Origin: a virus
Taxonomy: Duplodnaviria; Caudoviricetes
Strand: one strand, 5' to 3'
IMG/VR virus record: IMGVR_UViG_3300031867_000003
Span: 138,176-202,175 of that record
Length of the DNA: 64,000 nucleotides
Shown: positions 44,559-54,292 of the stretch, piece after piece
Numbering within the stretch: position 1 is the first letter of the stretch
Layout of the letters: each line of letters begins with the position of its first letter
Program-made: the position numbers and the translations under genes
Notes under the pieces: model-generated
Told to the model about the DNA's origin: nothing
Databases searched by the model: none
Seen by the model: the letters and a program-made list of their open reading frames with translations, nothing else

Positions 44559-45323
44559 TTACTGCTTATACTTCTGAATTATATGACGGACACAACCTCT
44601 TACCAAATCCGCACCGGAAATTTGCGGAGACGGTTGTGATGGTACTTCGCCAGACATATTTTCATACACGTTGGTGACCACCTTTTTCATTTCGACGTCA
44701 GTGAAATTCCCCTTGAGCTTATTACACGTCGGATGAACGGCACGGAGATTGTCTATATTATTTGTACCGCCGCGAGACAGCGGTATTATATGGTCGATAG
44801 AGTATGAAAATCGACTCAACGGTTTTCCGCAAATCTCACATGTATTGTTGGACCTACGGTACACTTCTTCTCTGATAGCTTTGGGAATAAGTACTCGTTC
44901 CGATGAATTCATCCCGGAGAATTTATCAGGGTCAGAAACGGGATTTTTAACCGTAGTGACTTTTCCCATCTGTTTTGCGTGGCGAAATTTATCATCAATA
45001 ACCACTCGTAAGTCTCGGTCAATATAATCAAGCACCGACTCCATGTGAGAATATGCTTCTTCCGGTGTGGAAAATACTCTGGCTTTCTTGATATCATTAA
45101 CGGTAGTATCATCATTACTCAAAAATTTCATTCTGGTAGTAACGACATAATCATTGCCCTTGGATGAGGTTCTGGTTCTATACCACATGTAAGAATCCGG
45201 CGAACGATTAACAGCCTTCTGGGCATCTACCAATTTCATATGGGTCGCCCCGGACGGGGTAGGGGCAAATTGCCCGATACCTCGCAAGAATTGAATGTTA
45301 TTAGCTATATAGTATTTATTCAT
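44559..45323 (-). CDS. HNH endonuclease
   Basis: CEICG...IDHIIPLSRGGTNNIDNL...CNKLKG. Confidence 0.9.
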   Translation of the reverse strand: MNKYYIANNIQFLRGIGQFAPTPSGATHMKLVDAQKAVNRSPDSYMWYRTRTSSKGNDYVVTTRMKFLSNDDTTVNDIKKARVFSTPEEAYSHMESVLDYIDRDLRVVIDDKFRHAKQMGKVTTVKNPVSDPDKFSGMNSSERVLIPKAIREEVYRRSNNTCEICGKPLSRFSYSIDHIIPLSRGGTNNIDNLRAVHPTCNKLKGNFTDVEMKKVVTNVYENMSGEVPSQPSPQISGADLVRGCVRHIIQKYKQ

Positions 45324-45338
45324 AATGATTAATCCTCC

Positions 45339-46385
45339 TTACTTAGTTGCCGCAAGTTCCTGGAGTGCATTTACCAGGGTGGGGTATTTACTGACTGCGA
45401 ACCATACGTTGCAACTGCCGATATTGAATTCATCATGAATCTGAGAAACAATATCTGTCTCACTCATATTGGTGGCTTGCAGAATCTGACGAAGAATTTT
45501 GTGGTACTGAACTCCGGACGGACGAGAAGCACCGGTAATCTTTTTAATCAGTGTGGAAATATCAGCAGGGCACCTGTGGGATTCCGCATAGCCCACTTTC
45601 GGCGATTTTGCCTTAATACTTTCTACAGATTTAACATAATTCTTATAGTGAATATTATTAATACGTTTCTCCACACTAAGACGAAGAGCATCAGAGTTCG
45701 CACACATCTTGATAATATCTGCGGTAGAATCAATCTTTTTATACTGGGAGAGAAGCTCCGTCACATCATAATGATCTACCCTTTTCATGTCGGAATAAAG
45801 AATCTCATAGAATTCATCGGTAGTTTTGCAACCAGTTTCCAGACACTTTGTGCAAGCAATCCCATCAATCCTTTTGATCCACATAGTTTTATCATTCTCG
45901 TCAAAAGTGGAGTAGAATAACCCGTTAACATCTATGGGTTTATTAGCTGAAGAGAATGCCTTCTCGGTTTTGGCGGCATTTACATAAATAGCTTTGGCAA
46001 TAGTGTCCGGAGCGGTTTTGTTTGATTCAACCAGCTTATTGAGCGCTAATTCCTGATGTTTCTGAGAAAAACATAAATCCTGAATGCACTTAGCAATATC
46101 AGCATTTGATTTCGCAAAAGTACTCATCCCGTCGGCAATTTTATTAAATGCATTAGTCTGGTGACCAAGAACAAGCATCATGTCCTGTATATTCTCCGAA
46201 AATTTTTTTAATTCAGATACTGTTGAGTTAAGAGACTTGATTGCTTCTTTTGTCTGCGTGAGTGATTCAATAACGGCATTCTTTTCCGGGACTCCCAAAA
46301 TCTCACGGAATGTAGCAAGTTCATCATGAGTAAGAGAAGAAGCAGCAGTAGTCGCCGGTGTGAAGGTGCTTTCAGTTGTGCTCAT
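45339..46385 (-). CDS. hypothetical coiled-coil protein
   Basis: 348-aa ORF, GGAGG RBS. Confidence 0.7.
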   Translation of the reverse strand: MSTTESTFTPATTAASSLTHDELATFREILGVPEKNAVIESLTQTKEAIKSLNSTVSELKKFSENIQDMMLVLGHQTNAFNKIADGMSTFAKSNADIAKCIQDLCFSQKHQELALNKLVESNKTAPDTIAKAIYVNAAKTEKAFSSANKPIDVNGLFYSTFDENDKTMWIKRIDGIACTKCLETGCKTTDEFYEILYSDMKRVDHYDVTELLSQYKKIDSTADIIKMCANSDALRLSVEKRINNIHYKNYVKSVESIKAKSPKVGYAESHRCPADISTLIKKITGASRPSGVQYHKILRQILQATNMSETDIVSQIHDEFNIGSCNVWFAVSKYPTLVNALQELAATK

Positions 46386-46432
46386 AGTATTCCTCCAAAT
46401 TTAATAAATAATTAATTGCATATAGTTGTTAG

Positions 46433-47329
46433 TTACTCAACATCAATTATAGTAGGTGCTTTAAAGCGCTTAAGAACATCTTCCGCAGCGCAAATAACTT
46501 TAGTACAAGCGTCAATTATATGGGTGCCGCATAAGTTGTCTTGATTGTTAATAACCAAATCATCATACAGCATTGGCGCGAGAACGGTGTCTATATAAGT
46601 CTTGGTTGCTTGCCAGAATGTATATGCAACGTTGGCATCGCGACCCTCGGCGGATGTGCTGCGGTTGCGTAGAATTTCAACTTCCTTTTTATAAGTAGCT
46701 AATTCGCTGCGAAGGTATTCGATTTCGGCAGATTCGCCGGGTTTATTATCATAATCTGTGATGTTGGACAATGTCTTTTCCAATGAGGATATCTTAGTCT
46801 TCAATTTATTAATCTGGGAATCTTTCTGCTGAAGTTGCTCATCCTTTTTCTTCAGTTCCTTATCATGGGCTTTGATTTGTCTCATCACATCAGATTTGGT
46901 TACAAGTTCTCCGGCTGCAAGTTTATCCCTAACTACCTGATCAACAACTTCCGGGTTCTTAGCCATTCGCTGATAATCAGACGCTTCGTCCTTGGAGTAA
47001 CCCATCTCGGCAATTGCTTCAGATTTAGTTTCAAAATTCGATGCACCTCGAAGTTTGAAATCATCGCTCCTTCTGTCACCGCCGCTGGCTTTCGGCATTT
47101 CTTTTAATATCTCGCCGATGCGCTGTTCTGCCGTAATAACGGCCACTGATAATTCTTGAGCTTCTTTGAGTGTTTGCTCATGAATAGCCTGGGCATCTGA
47201 AAATCTGTTGATAGTTCTTAGTTTCAATCGGTAGGCATTAAGCTTTGACTTATTAATAAGAAGAAACTGTGTAAGATCTACGAGAGTATCCGGAAGTTGT
47301 TGAGGAGTATAGGTGATTAATTCGGCCAT
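46433..47329 (-). CDS. hypothetical DNA-binding/coiled-coil phage protein
   Basis: AEQRIGEILKEMPKASGGDRRS motif. Confidence 0.7.
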   Translation of the reverse strand: MAELITYTPQQLPDTLVDLTQFLLINKSKLNAYRLKLRTINRFSDAQAIHEQTLKEAQELSVAVITAEQRIGEILKEMPKASGGDRRSDDFKLRGASNFETKSEAIAEMGYSKDEASDYQRMAKNPEVVDQVVRDKLAAGELVTKSDVMRQIKAHDKELKKKDEQLQQKDSQINKLKTKISSLEKTLSNITDYDNKPGESAEIEYLRSELATYKKEVEILRNRSTSAEGRDANVAYTFWQATKTYIDTVLAPMLYDDLVINNQDNLCGTHIIDACTKVICAAEDVLKRFKAPTIIDVE

Positions 47330-47455
47330 GGCATTATATCCCTTCTGTTTAATAAATAATCAATAAGTTGTTACGCTACTAATACGGTGGCGGCAGTTGA
47401 TAGCGGAAAATTCTCATAGCTGATACCTCCTGGGTAAAATTATCTCGGTAGGTTA

Positions 47456-47484
47456 ACTATAGCATAGTGATTTACTTATGTCAA
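47456..47484 (-). promoter_or_regulatory. sigmaA/70 promoter
   Basis: TTGACA-17bp-TATAGT with extended TG. Confidence 0.75.
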
Positions 47485-47509
47485 GCGGATTTAATAAATA
47501 ATTAGTAAA

Positions 47510-48358
47510 TTAATTACAATAGTAGGATTTGATTACGGCATTCACATACTTCCTAATCGCCGTAATTGCTTCATTATCCGAAATAACATCCGGTACAAAA
47601 TCCACACTGAACCATTTATAGCGTAGATAATTAAATACAATCAAATCTTCTTTATTGATAGTGAAATTATGGTAGGCGAGGAATTGCTCAAGTACAGAAT
47701 TAAGCGAATAATCCGGGGTGTATGTAGCTTGTGATGGATCGCCGTTAGTCAAATTAATTCTACATAAGGCGTCAGGAATCATTGTTTCATAAACCGAGTA
47801 AGAAACTCCATACACACTGAATAATTTACGAAGTAAATAATTAAATTCGGCAACTTGGACCTTCCTAAATAACTCAAATGGTTTCGCTGGGATAACGCCG
47901 TATAATTTGTAACCAATATAGTATAAGCCGCCGCGATCGGCAAAATTCTTCTCACGACCAAATTTGCCGGAGTATGGATAATCCCAATATTCATCCGACC
48001 AGGTTAACTTATGATAGATGGCATCATAATTACAGAACTTATTCTTCAGAAGTCCTACATCATGTGTGGAGATTTTCAGCGTTTCCACCAGATCGATGTT
48101 GCCGAGAATCCGCAGCGTATAATTCGCGAGATAATCCATATATTCACAGCCACGAGTTCTGGATTTTCTTATCATCTTACAGAATTCATTCTGAGTTAAG
48201 ATTATATCACGGTATCTCTTAAAGTACCACATCATGTGCGGAATGTCGGCGGTACGATTAGCCTGGATGAAATCCGGATAATATAGCTTGATTATCTCGG
48301 CTTCGGAGTTGTCTCGGACAAGGATTATTGTAGGGGTAGTAGTGGTAGTATTGTTCAT
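47510..48358 (-). CDS. hypothetical protein
   Basis: 282-aa ORF, AAGGAGG RBS. Confidence 0.7.
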   Translation of the reverse strand: MNNTTTTTPTIILVRDNSEAEIIKLYYPDFIQANRTADIPHMMWYFKRYRDIILTQNEFCKMIRKSRTRGCEYMDYLANYTLRILGNIDLVETLKISTHDVGLLKNKFCNYDAIYHKLTWSDEYWDYPYSGKFGREKNFADRGGLYYIGYKLYGVIPAKPFELFRKVQVAEFNYLLRKLFSVYGVSYSVYETMIPDALCRINLTNGDPSQATYTPDYSLNSVLEQFLAYHNFTINKEDLIVFNYLRYKWFSVDFVPDVISDNEAITAIRKYVNAVIKSYYCN

Positions 48359-48549
48359 ATAGTTTCCTCCTTATTAATTAGTAGCTACTAATTGGTAGTT
48401 ATGTGAATGTGTGAAAAATCGGGGGTATTTTGGCACGATTTTTCACAGTGTGAAAATAACTGCACAAATTCACATAAGCAAGATACATATTGTTGTGTCC
48501 AAAAAAATCCAATTTTGTCTCAAGTGTGACTGAGAGAGCACATGGGGGT

Positions 48550-48664
48550 GCTACTGTGAGGGAACACCCCTAAATTTGGAGTTAACTCGCTAATCCATAT
48601 AATCATTGGAAAAAATCAGCATGTCCAATAAATGGGACGCTACTGTGAGGGAACACCCCTAAAT
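48550..48664. repeat. 26-bp perfect direct repeat x2
   Basis: GCTACTGTGAGGGAACACCCCTAAAT at 48550-48575 and 48639-48664. Confidence 0.9.
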
Positions 48665-48792
48665 CGCATTTTCCCCAATGAATTAGCCCGTTTGAAGTCG
48701 ATTTTTTCGATTTAAACCCTCTATAGTCTTATCAGTAGTGACCAACTTCCGGAAGGCACTATCTTTTTTCTCGTGGTCTTAATTCTACAATA

Positions 48793-49380
48793 TCACCTAT
48801 CTAAAGAATTAGCCTTTAATAATTCTTCCCAGCCGCTGTTTTGATAGAATGAATGGACGGGAGTCAATATATTGGTTCCCCTGAAATAAACATACGGATT
48901 GACGGTGTATACAATGTTTTTGCCTTCGTCGGTACCACTCAATTCCGCAAGGATATTCCCAGTCTCATGTTTACCGATTATGCCTTTGTTTTTTAATGAA
49001 GACATAATTTTTCTTACGTAGCCGTATTTGTGGCCGTGAATTTCAGCGAGATCCTTTAGGGTAAGAATGTCTGAATTGCGGTTTTGAGTACGGCGGATTA
49101 TACAGTCTTCGTATGATATGTGCGGAGTCAGACAAATCGTAAATTTGAATTCGGGCTGCGTAAGGTATTTCTCCAGGAGTGGAACTACTTCATCATATAT
49201 TTTGACGAATGATTTTTCTTTATTAAAGTCAAGAACGTGGTTATTAACATAATCAAACTGCGATTTTCTGGTGATATTTACTCGGTCACCGGGAAAATAT
49301 TGGTTGACGATTTCGCCGGTGGTGTTATCTACTACTGAGAATCTGGGGATAGTGTTGGTGGTTGGTTCGTTATTATTCAT
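48793..49380 (-). CDS. RepL-like winged-HTH protein
   Basis: VDNTTGEI, FVKIY, HTH, YTVNPYVYFRG. Confidence 0.65.
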   Translation of the reverse strand: MNNNEPTTNTIPRFSVVDNTTGEIVNQYFPGDRVNITRKSQFDYVNNHVLDFNKEKSFVKIYDEVVPLLEKYLTQPEFKFTICLTPHISYEDCIIRRTQNRNSDILTLKDLAEIHGHKYGYVRKIMSSLKNKGIIGKHETGNILAELSGTDEGKNIVYTVNPYVYFRGTNILTPVHSFYQNSGWEELLKANSLDR

Positions 49381-49580
49381 TGAGTCATCTCCTTATTTAA
49401 TAAATAAATTATTAGGTATTATTCTTAGATTAGTTCGGTTACTACCGGGAGGTACAACTCGGAACGTTGGAACAACGTTCCTCGCCTTAATCCTATTTGT
49501 TCGCTACGCTCCTAATAGGATTAAGGGAAGCGGTAAAAATTAAAAAAAATTTTGTTCGCCATTAGTTATTTATTAAATAG

Positions 49581-49609
49581 AGTGTATCATACTATATTAG
49601 TTTTGTCAA
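49581..49609 (-). promoter_or_regulatory. sigmaA/70 promoter (leftward arm)
   Basis: TTGACA-17bp-TACACT with extended TG. Confidence 0.7.
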
Positions 49610-50431
49610 CGGCAGATTTTGGGGGATATTGTTCGCATTAAGGGTTATAACTAACCATCGGACTTCCTTACGTAATTAGGTACAAGGGTTTATTAGCTGA
49701 GAAATATGGATATGAGTGTTGATTAGCTGCGGGATTTTTCGAGGCGGAAGGTATTGGGGTGGTTATCCGCTCCGGGAATTTACTTGTTTCGGTCGCAAAT
49801 AGAGGTTGTGATCCGCAATAGGAGCGTAAGCGACCGAGGACTCGGCAATAGGTAATTTATCTGGAGGATTTATCTGGAGGAAGTAAATTAGGGATTATAT
49901 ATAAGGAAGTTGGGTATTGAAGATATGGGGTATGGGATTGGTTATCCGCAATTAGGTTGTGAGCGGGCGCATACCGGGCTTTATCCGCACTACGGATGGT
50001 ATTGGCGCCCTTTGTGGGGTAGTAAGGGTGATTTTTTTTAGGTCGGCATATTATTTGCTGTAATGGTGGGGGTGGGGAGTGGATATATTAAGTGATTGAG
50101 GTACTATCCGGATGTGGAAGGTAATATTGGAGATGATTGGGTGAGGATTATCAAACTCGAGGATTTATATGAGGTCAGTTATTATATGAGGAGAAAAATA
50201 AGTGAGTAAATTATTGTATTGGTAGTACTGGATTTATTTAGGGATTGTGGGGTGGGACGATATTGGGGGCGATGAAGGAGTGTGGAGTGGAGAGATAGTT
50301 CTAGATTAGGGATTTATTGGGGTCAGATTTTTTTGGTAGTGTGTTGGTGAAGCAGCGTCCCCAAAACCAAGCGGATTTGAGCGAAAAAATGCTGAAAAAT
50401 GGGGCTATTTTTGCCAAAAAATAACTATTTA

Positions 50432-50460
50432 TTGACAAAACCACTTGGCAATTATATGAT
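50432..50460 (+). promoter_or_regulatory. sigmaA/70 promoter (rightward early arm)
   Basis: TTGACA-17bp-TATGAT with an AT-rich UP element. Confidence 0.8.
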
Positions 50461-50763
50461 TTGACCATAGTCAACGGCGACAGTCGCCGGGGGCTTGTTT
50501 CACAAATAGGCGTACATGATACCGCGGTTTACAGTGGAAGGTGTAAAGACTTCAACGAAGGTTTACACCATATCGACGGGGGATGCAATCGCACAAACTG
50601 CCACTATAAACACCTTATACATAAAATTGTTTCAACCGGTGGTTGAGACAATGTTTTACCTTTATTCAGTGCATCAAATCCGCCCGGTTTGGTGTACTGG
50701 AATAAGGGCAAAACAAAGCCCGGTAAAAATCAATTTTTTCTATTAAGAAGGGAGAAAAAAAAC

Positions 50764-51486
50764 ATGAATAACACAATTAGTATTACTTCTCACAACAAGG
50801 ACTTTAACAAAGTAAATCGTGATTTTTTAACACCGTCCTTTGTAATTGACTCCGGTACTTTCCAAAAGGAAGTACAAAACACGGTTTATTATTTCGAGTG
50901 CGTAAAGATGATGCACCAGTTAGACGCGGAGTCTAACAAGGATAAAGACGACCGGGACGAAGAAAAAATCCGGGAGTTAGGAGCAAGGATTAACGCTCTG
51001 TCGGATTATAACAAGGGTGATTATGTATCCGTTGTTTACGCCTTTTCAATGGGCATTGTTTCCGGCACGGTCGGTATTGCCGGATTTGATAATCTGTTTT
51101 CAGATGTCAAGACGTACGGCGAACAATACACCGGCGTTGAGTCTTGGAGTGACGACCGGAAAAAAGCGTTTACGGCTATTAAAACAGCTTGTAATAATTT
51201 ACTCGCATGGAAGTTTAATTTAAACCAAATCGACGCCGGCCGGGGGATTTACAAAACGTTTGTTCCCGAAATGTCAAGCCGAGCCGTCGAAATGTTTATT
51301 AACGCGGTATACGGCGTTGACGGTCGGGGAAGTGCCGGAAAGAAGGACGAAAAGATTTTCGGCATTAAGCGCCGGGCGATGAAAAAAGAACGGGCGTTTA
51401 TCCTTCTTTGTGCCTCCATGTTTAAAAAATACGGTTGCGAGATTGGAAGTACCTCCAGAACAAAGGTTGTTGATTTCATCATGTGA
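50764..51486 (+). CDS. hypothetical early protein
   Basis: AAGGGAG RBS, ATG 50764; followed by a terminator. Confidence 0.7.
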   Translation: MNNTISITSHNKDFNKVNRDFLTPSFVIDSGTFQKEVQNTVYYFECVKMMHQLDAESNKDKDDRDEEKIRELGARINALSDYNKGDYVSVVYAFSMGIVSGTVGIAGFDNLFSDVKTYGEQYTGVESWSDDRKKAFTAIKTACNNLLAWKFNLNQIDAGRGIYKTFVPEMSSRAVEMFINAVYGVDGRGSAGKKDEKIFGIKRRAMKKERAFILLCASMFKKYGCEIGSTSRTKVVDFIM

Positions 51487-51494
51487 TACACACA

Positions 51495-51523
51495 GCACCG
51501 GGCTAATTGCCCGGTGCTTTTTT
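51495..51523 (+). terminator. rho-independent terminator
   Basis: GCACCGGGC-TAATT-GCCCGGTGC-TTTTTT. Confidence 0.8.
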
Positions 51524-51619
51524 ATTGCACGAAAAAAGGACCGGACGCCGGGCAGGCGTTTAACTCCGGTTCTTTTTTGATGCAATAAAATATTATTCAG
51601 ACGATAGGAGAACAAAGCT

Positions 51620-52306
51620 ATGAAACCATGCAATCAAACTAAAGATTTTTCGTGTACTCTTTTCGGCGAAACTCTGCCGAAATATGAATTTTACGGGCGT
51701 GTTGACGGTACTACATACCGGGCGGATTATTTCACCGGGCGTCTTTTAATCCGCGATACAAAGCGCAACATCTGGAAGTCGTCCACACTTGAAAAGAACG
51801 CCCGTATATATAACGCTGTGAAGGCGTATATCAAAGAGCACGGGATTCTCGGCGATCACGTCGAAATTTGTCATCATCGGCAAGCCGAGAAAAAAGAAGC
51901 GTTCTACCGCACCAAGACATTTGAACGCCGTTGCCGTGTCGAACGTGACCGTGAAATCATGGAGTCCGCGCCGGTAATGCGCAAATCGACAATCAGTGCA
52001 TTTGGTGCTGCTGCGCACGATTATGACAGCAGTCGCCGGCGTGTCGCAGTTGAGACCGACCATATTTTCGAACTTGACGGATACCGCGGTATATCCGCAG
52101 ACGAGCGAGATCGGGGATATTCTCAGCCGTTCGAAATGGGACAGAGTACTTCCGGTACTGCCGGCAAATATACACGTTCCGGATTTGAAACCCGGGACGG
52201 GCTAAAGGTCGCCCAGAATAAAATCAGACCGGAGAAAAAGCCGGTCAAACGTGAGAAATTAATAATTAGGGTAAACGGCAAAATCGTTTACTCTGAGGAA
52301 AACTAA
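51620..52306 (+). CDS. hypothetical early protein
   Basis: AGGAG RBS, 228-aa ORF. Confidence 0.7.
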   Translation: MKPCNQTKDFSCTLFGETLPKYEFYGRVDGTTYRADYFTGRLLIRDTKRNIWKSSTLEKNARIYNAVKAYIKEHGILGDHVEICHHRQAEKKEAFYRTKTFERRCRVERDREIMESAPVMRKSTISAFGAAAHDYDSSRRRVAVETDHIFELDGYRGISADERDRGYSQPFEMGQSTSGTAGKYTRSGFETRDGLKVAQNKIRPEKKPVKREKLIIRVNGKIVYSEEN

Positions 52307-52317
52307 TAACATAACAA

Positions 52318-52351
52318 GCGGTTACTCATTCCGGTGAGTAGCCGTTTTTTT
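52318..52351 (+). terminator. rho-independent terminator
   Basis: GCGGTTACTCA...TGAGTAGCCGT-TTTTTT. Confidence 0.75.
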
Positions 52352-53784
52352 ATGCCCAAATAAACGAGGTGAAAAATGATAAAAAATAATTTATACGCTC
52401 TTTTTACCTAAAGCGCACACGCCACAAGTGCGCCGCGACAAAAATAGTGTGTGGTGGGCTACGGACGTGCCAAACGTTCGACTTGTTATCACACGCAAGG
52501 ATTGCGCCGGAAGATTATCCTTTCAGGCATAGTGTGTCGTGGTGGTTCCACGCAATATTAACCTGTCGGTCCGGTAAACCGATGAAACTAGCCACAAACC
52601 GGAACTACCAAATCCGGTTAATAGTGTTGGGCGGTCGCCTTGTGTAGGTATACATACACGAGGATTCCCGAAACGTGGATTAGCTACCCACGGGGCAAAC
52701 GACCGTCTTTTTTCATGAAGAAAAGTGGCTTTGATTATCCGCAAGTTATCCACGCAGTAGGACTCGCGCCGGGTTCAATCCCCGGGCGTGGATTTTGTAA
52801 CCCATCAACCACAGCTATCACCCGGAAGCTGACCGGGATACCAACAGCACGGCACTATGAGTAACGCCACCTTTAGTAAACGTATGGATGAAGTCCGCCT
52901 TAACGAAGGACTTCTCGATTTATGGGACATTCTCGACAGCTTTGCTCCGGGGATGTATTGCTACGACCCGTGTTATGAGTGTAACGTGGTAAGTGCGGAA
53001 TTTTTGGCTCGTCTGCCCGAATTCCGCAAGTGGGCAAAAGCCCGGGGATTGCGTTGGTTCCGTACATGGGAACAGCGCGAGGAGTGGCTCAATAGCTGAA
53101 TTTATCTGCCTATGTGCAGATACCAGACCGTGAATACATTCGCAGTTTGGTATGTGCGCATAGTCCGTAACCGATACGGTTTATCCCATACGGTTACACT
53201 ATGAAACCACGCACAGAAAGAAGGTGAGAACTATGCTCACCCTTCAACAGCTTATGGACGGAACGTTCAAGTTAACCCTGGATCTCACCGTCGGCAAGAA
53301 TCACGTCATTAGAACGTGGTACTTTGTCAAGGTCGAACCGTCCACCGCAGAACCCGACCCTCACGGGGAAAAGTTCCGGTGGAAAATAAAGGTTGACTAA
53401 CTCCGTCCAAACCGGGGAGTGTGGGAGTAATCCTATGCTCCCTTTGCTGTTGATAAAGTAACCGGATAACTGCCCTGTCCGCAACCTAGATCACCGCTCA
53501 TGGATTAGCTACGTGCAATCTGTGGGTGCGTTGGGGGGTTATGCGAGGGGTTAATTACTACGAAGGGGGTTATTCCCATGAAAAGAATGCGCTTAGAGGA
53601 CGGTTCTGTCCTTATTGTTAAATTGCTCCATCGTGAGCAAAAGCACCTATTTACCATCACTGACCGCACTACTATGAAATGTGTGGTTAAGTCACTCACA
53701 GAATTAGAAGCCGACCAATACCGCGATCGCGGTTACTGGGTCGAATGATGAACTATTAAATATAATACACAAGGAGGAATCACT

Positions 53785-54057
53785 ATGGCTATTCGTAAAA
53801 CAACGGTAAAGAACACTGACACTATTAACTACAATGTCATCGAGAACTGCGGAGTAGTTGCGCCACGTAAGGGTGGATACGCTCTGGAACTCCGCTATAT
53901 CTCTTGGAACGATAGAGAGCCGGTATACGATCTCCGCCCGTGGAAGGTTAACGATGAGGGTGAGGAAATCTGTGGTAAAGGTATCACACTTTCCGGCGAG
54001 GAACTGGAGTCCATCGGTAATCTGATTGCAACACTTGCGGAAGGAGGCGAGGCATAA
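53785..54057 (+). CDS. YdbC/PC4-like ssDNA-binding protein
   Basis: ELRYISWNDREPVYDLRPW...GKGITL. Confidence 0.8.
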   Translation: MAIRKTTVKNTDTINYNVIENCGVVAPRKGGYALELRYISWNDREPVYDLRPWKVNDEGEEICGKGITLSGEELESIGNLIATLAEGGEA

Positions 54058-54292
54058 TGGCAATCATTAGAATGATAAACAATGGCAAAGAAATCACGTT
54101 CCGGGTGTTTTCTGACGGAACATATATTATAGGTACAAACACAACGTTGTGCCATGATTTTGCGGACGCTTATATTCAACTCCGCGAAGTCGGGTTCGTT
54201 GAGGTAAAGTGATATTGCTATTCATAGCTAGACTATGCTCATAAGGCATCTTGTGGGCATAGATGTGGTTATGAACCGCAAATAAAACAATC

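Noticed and set aside
48550-48664. Mini CRISPR array
   Set aside because: Only two 26-bp repeats with a 63-bp spacer, and no cas genes in the window
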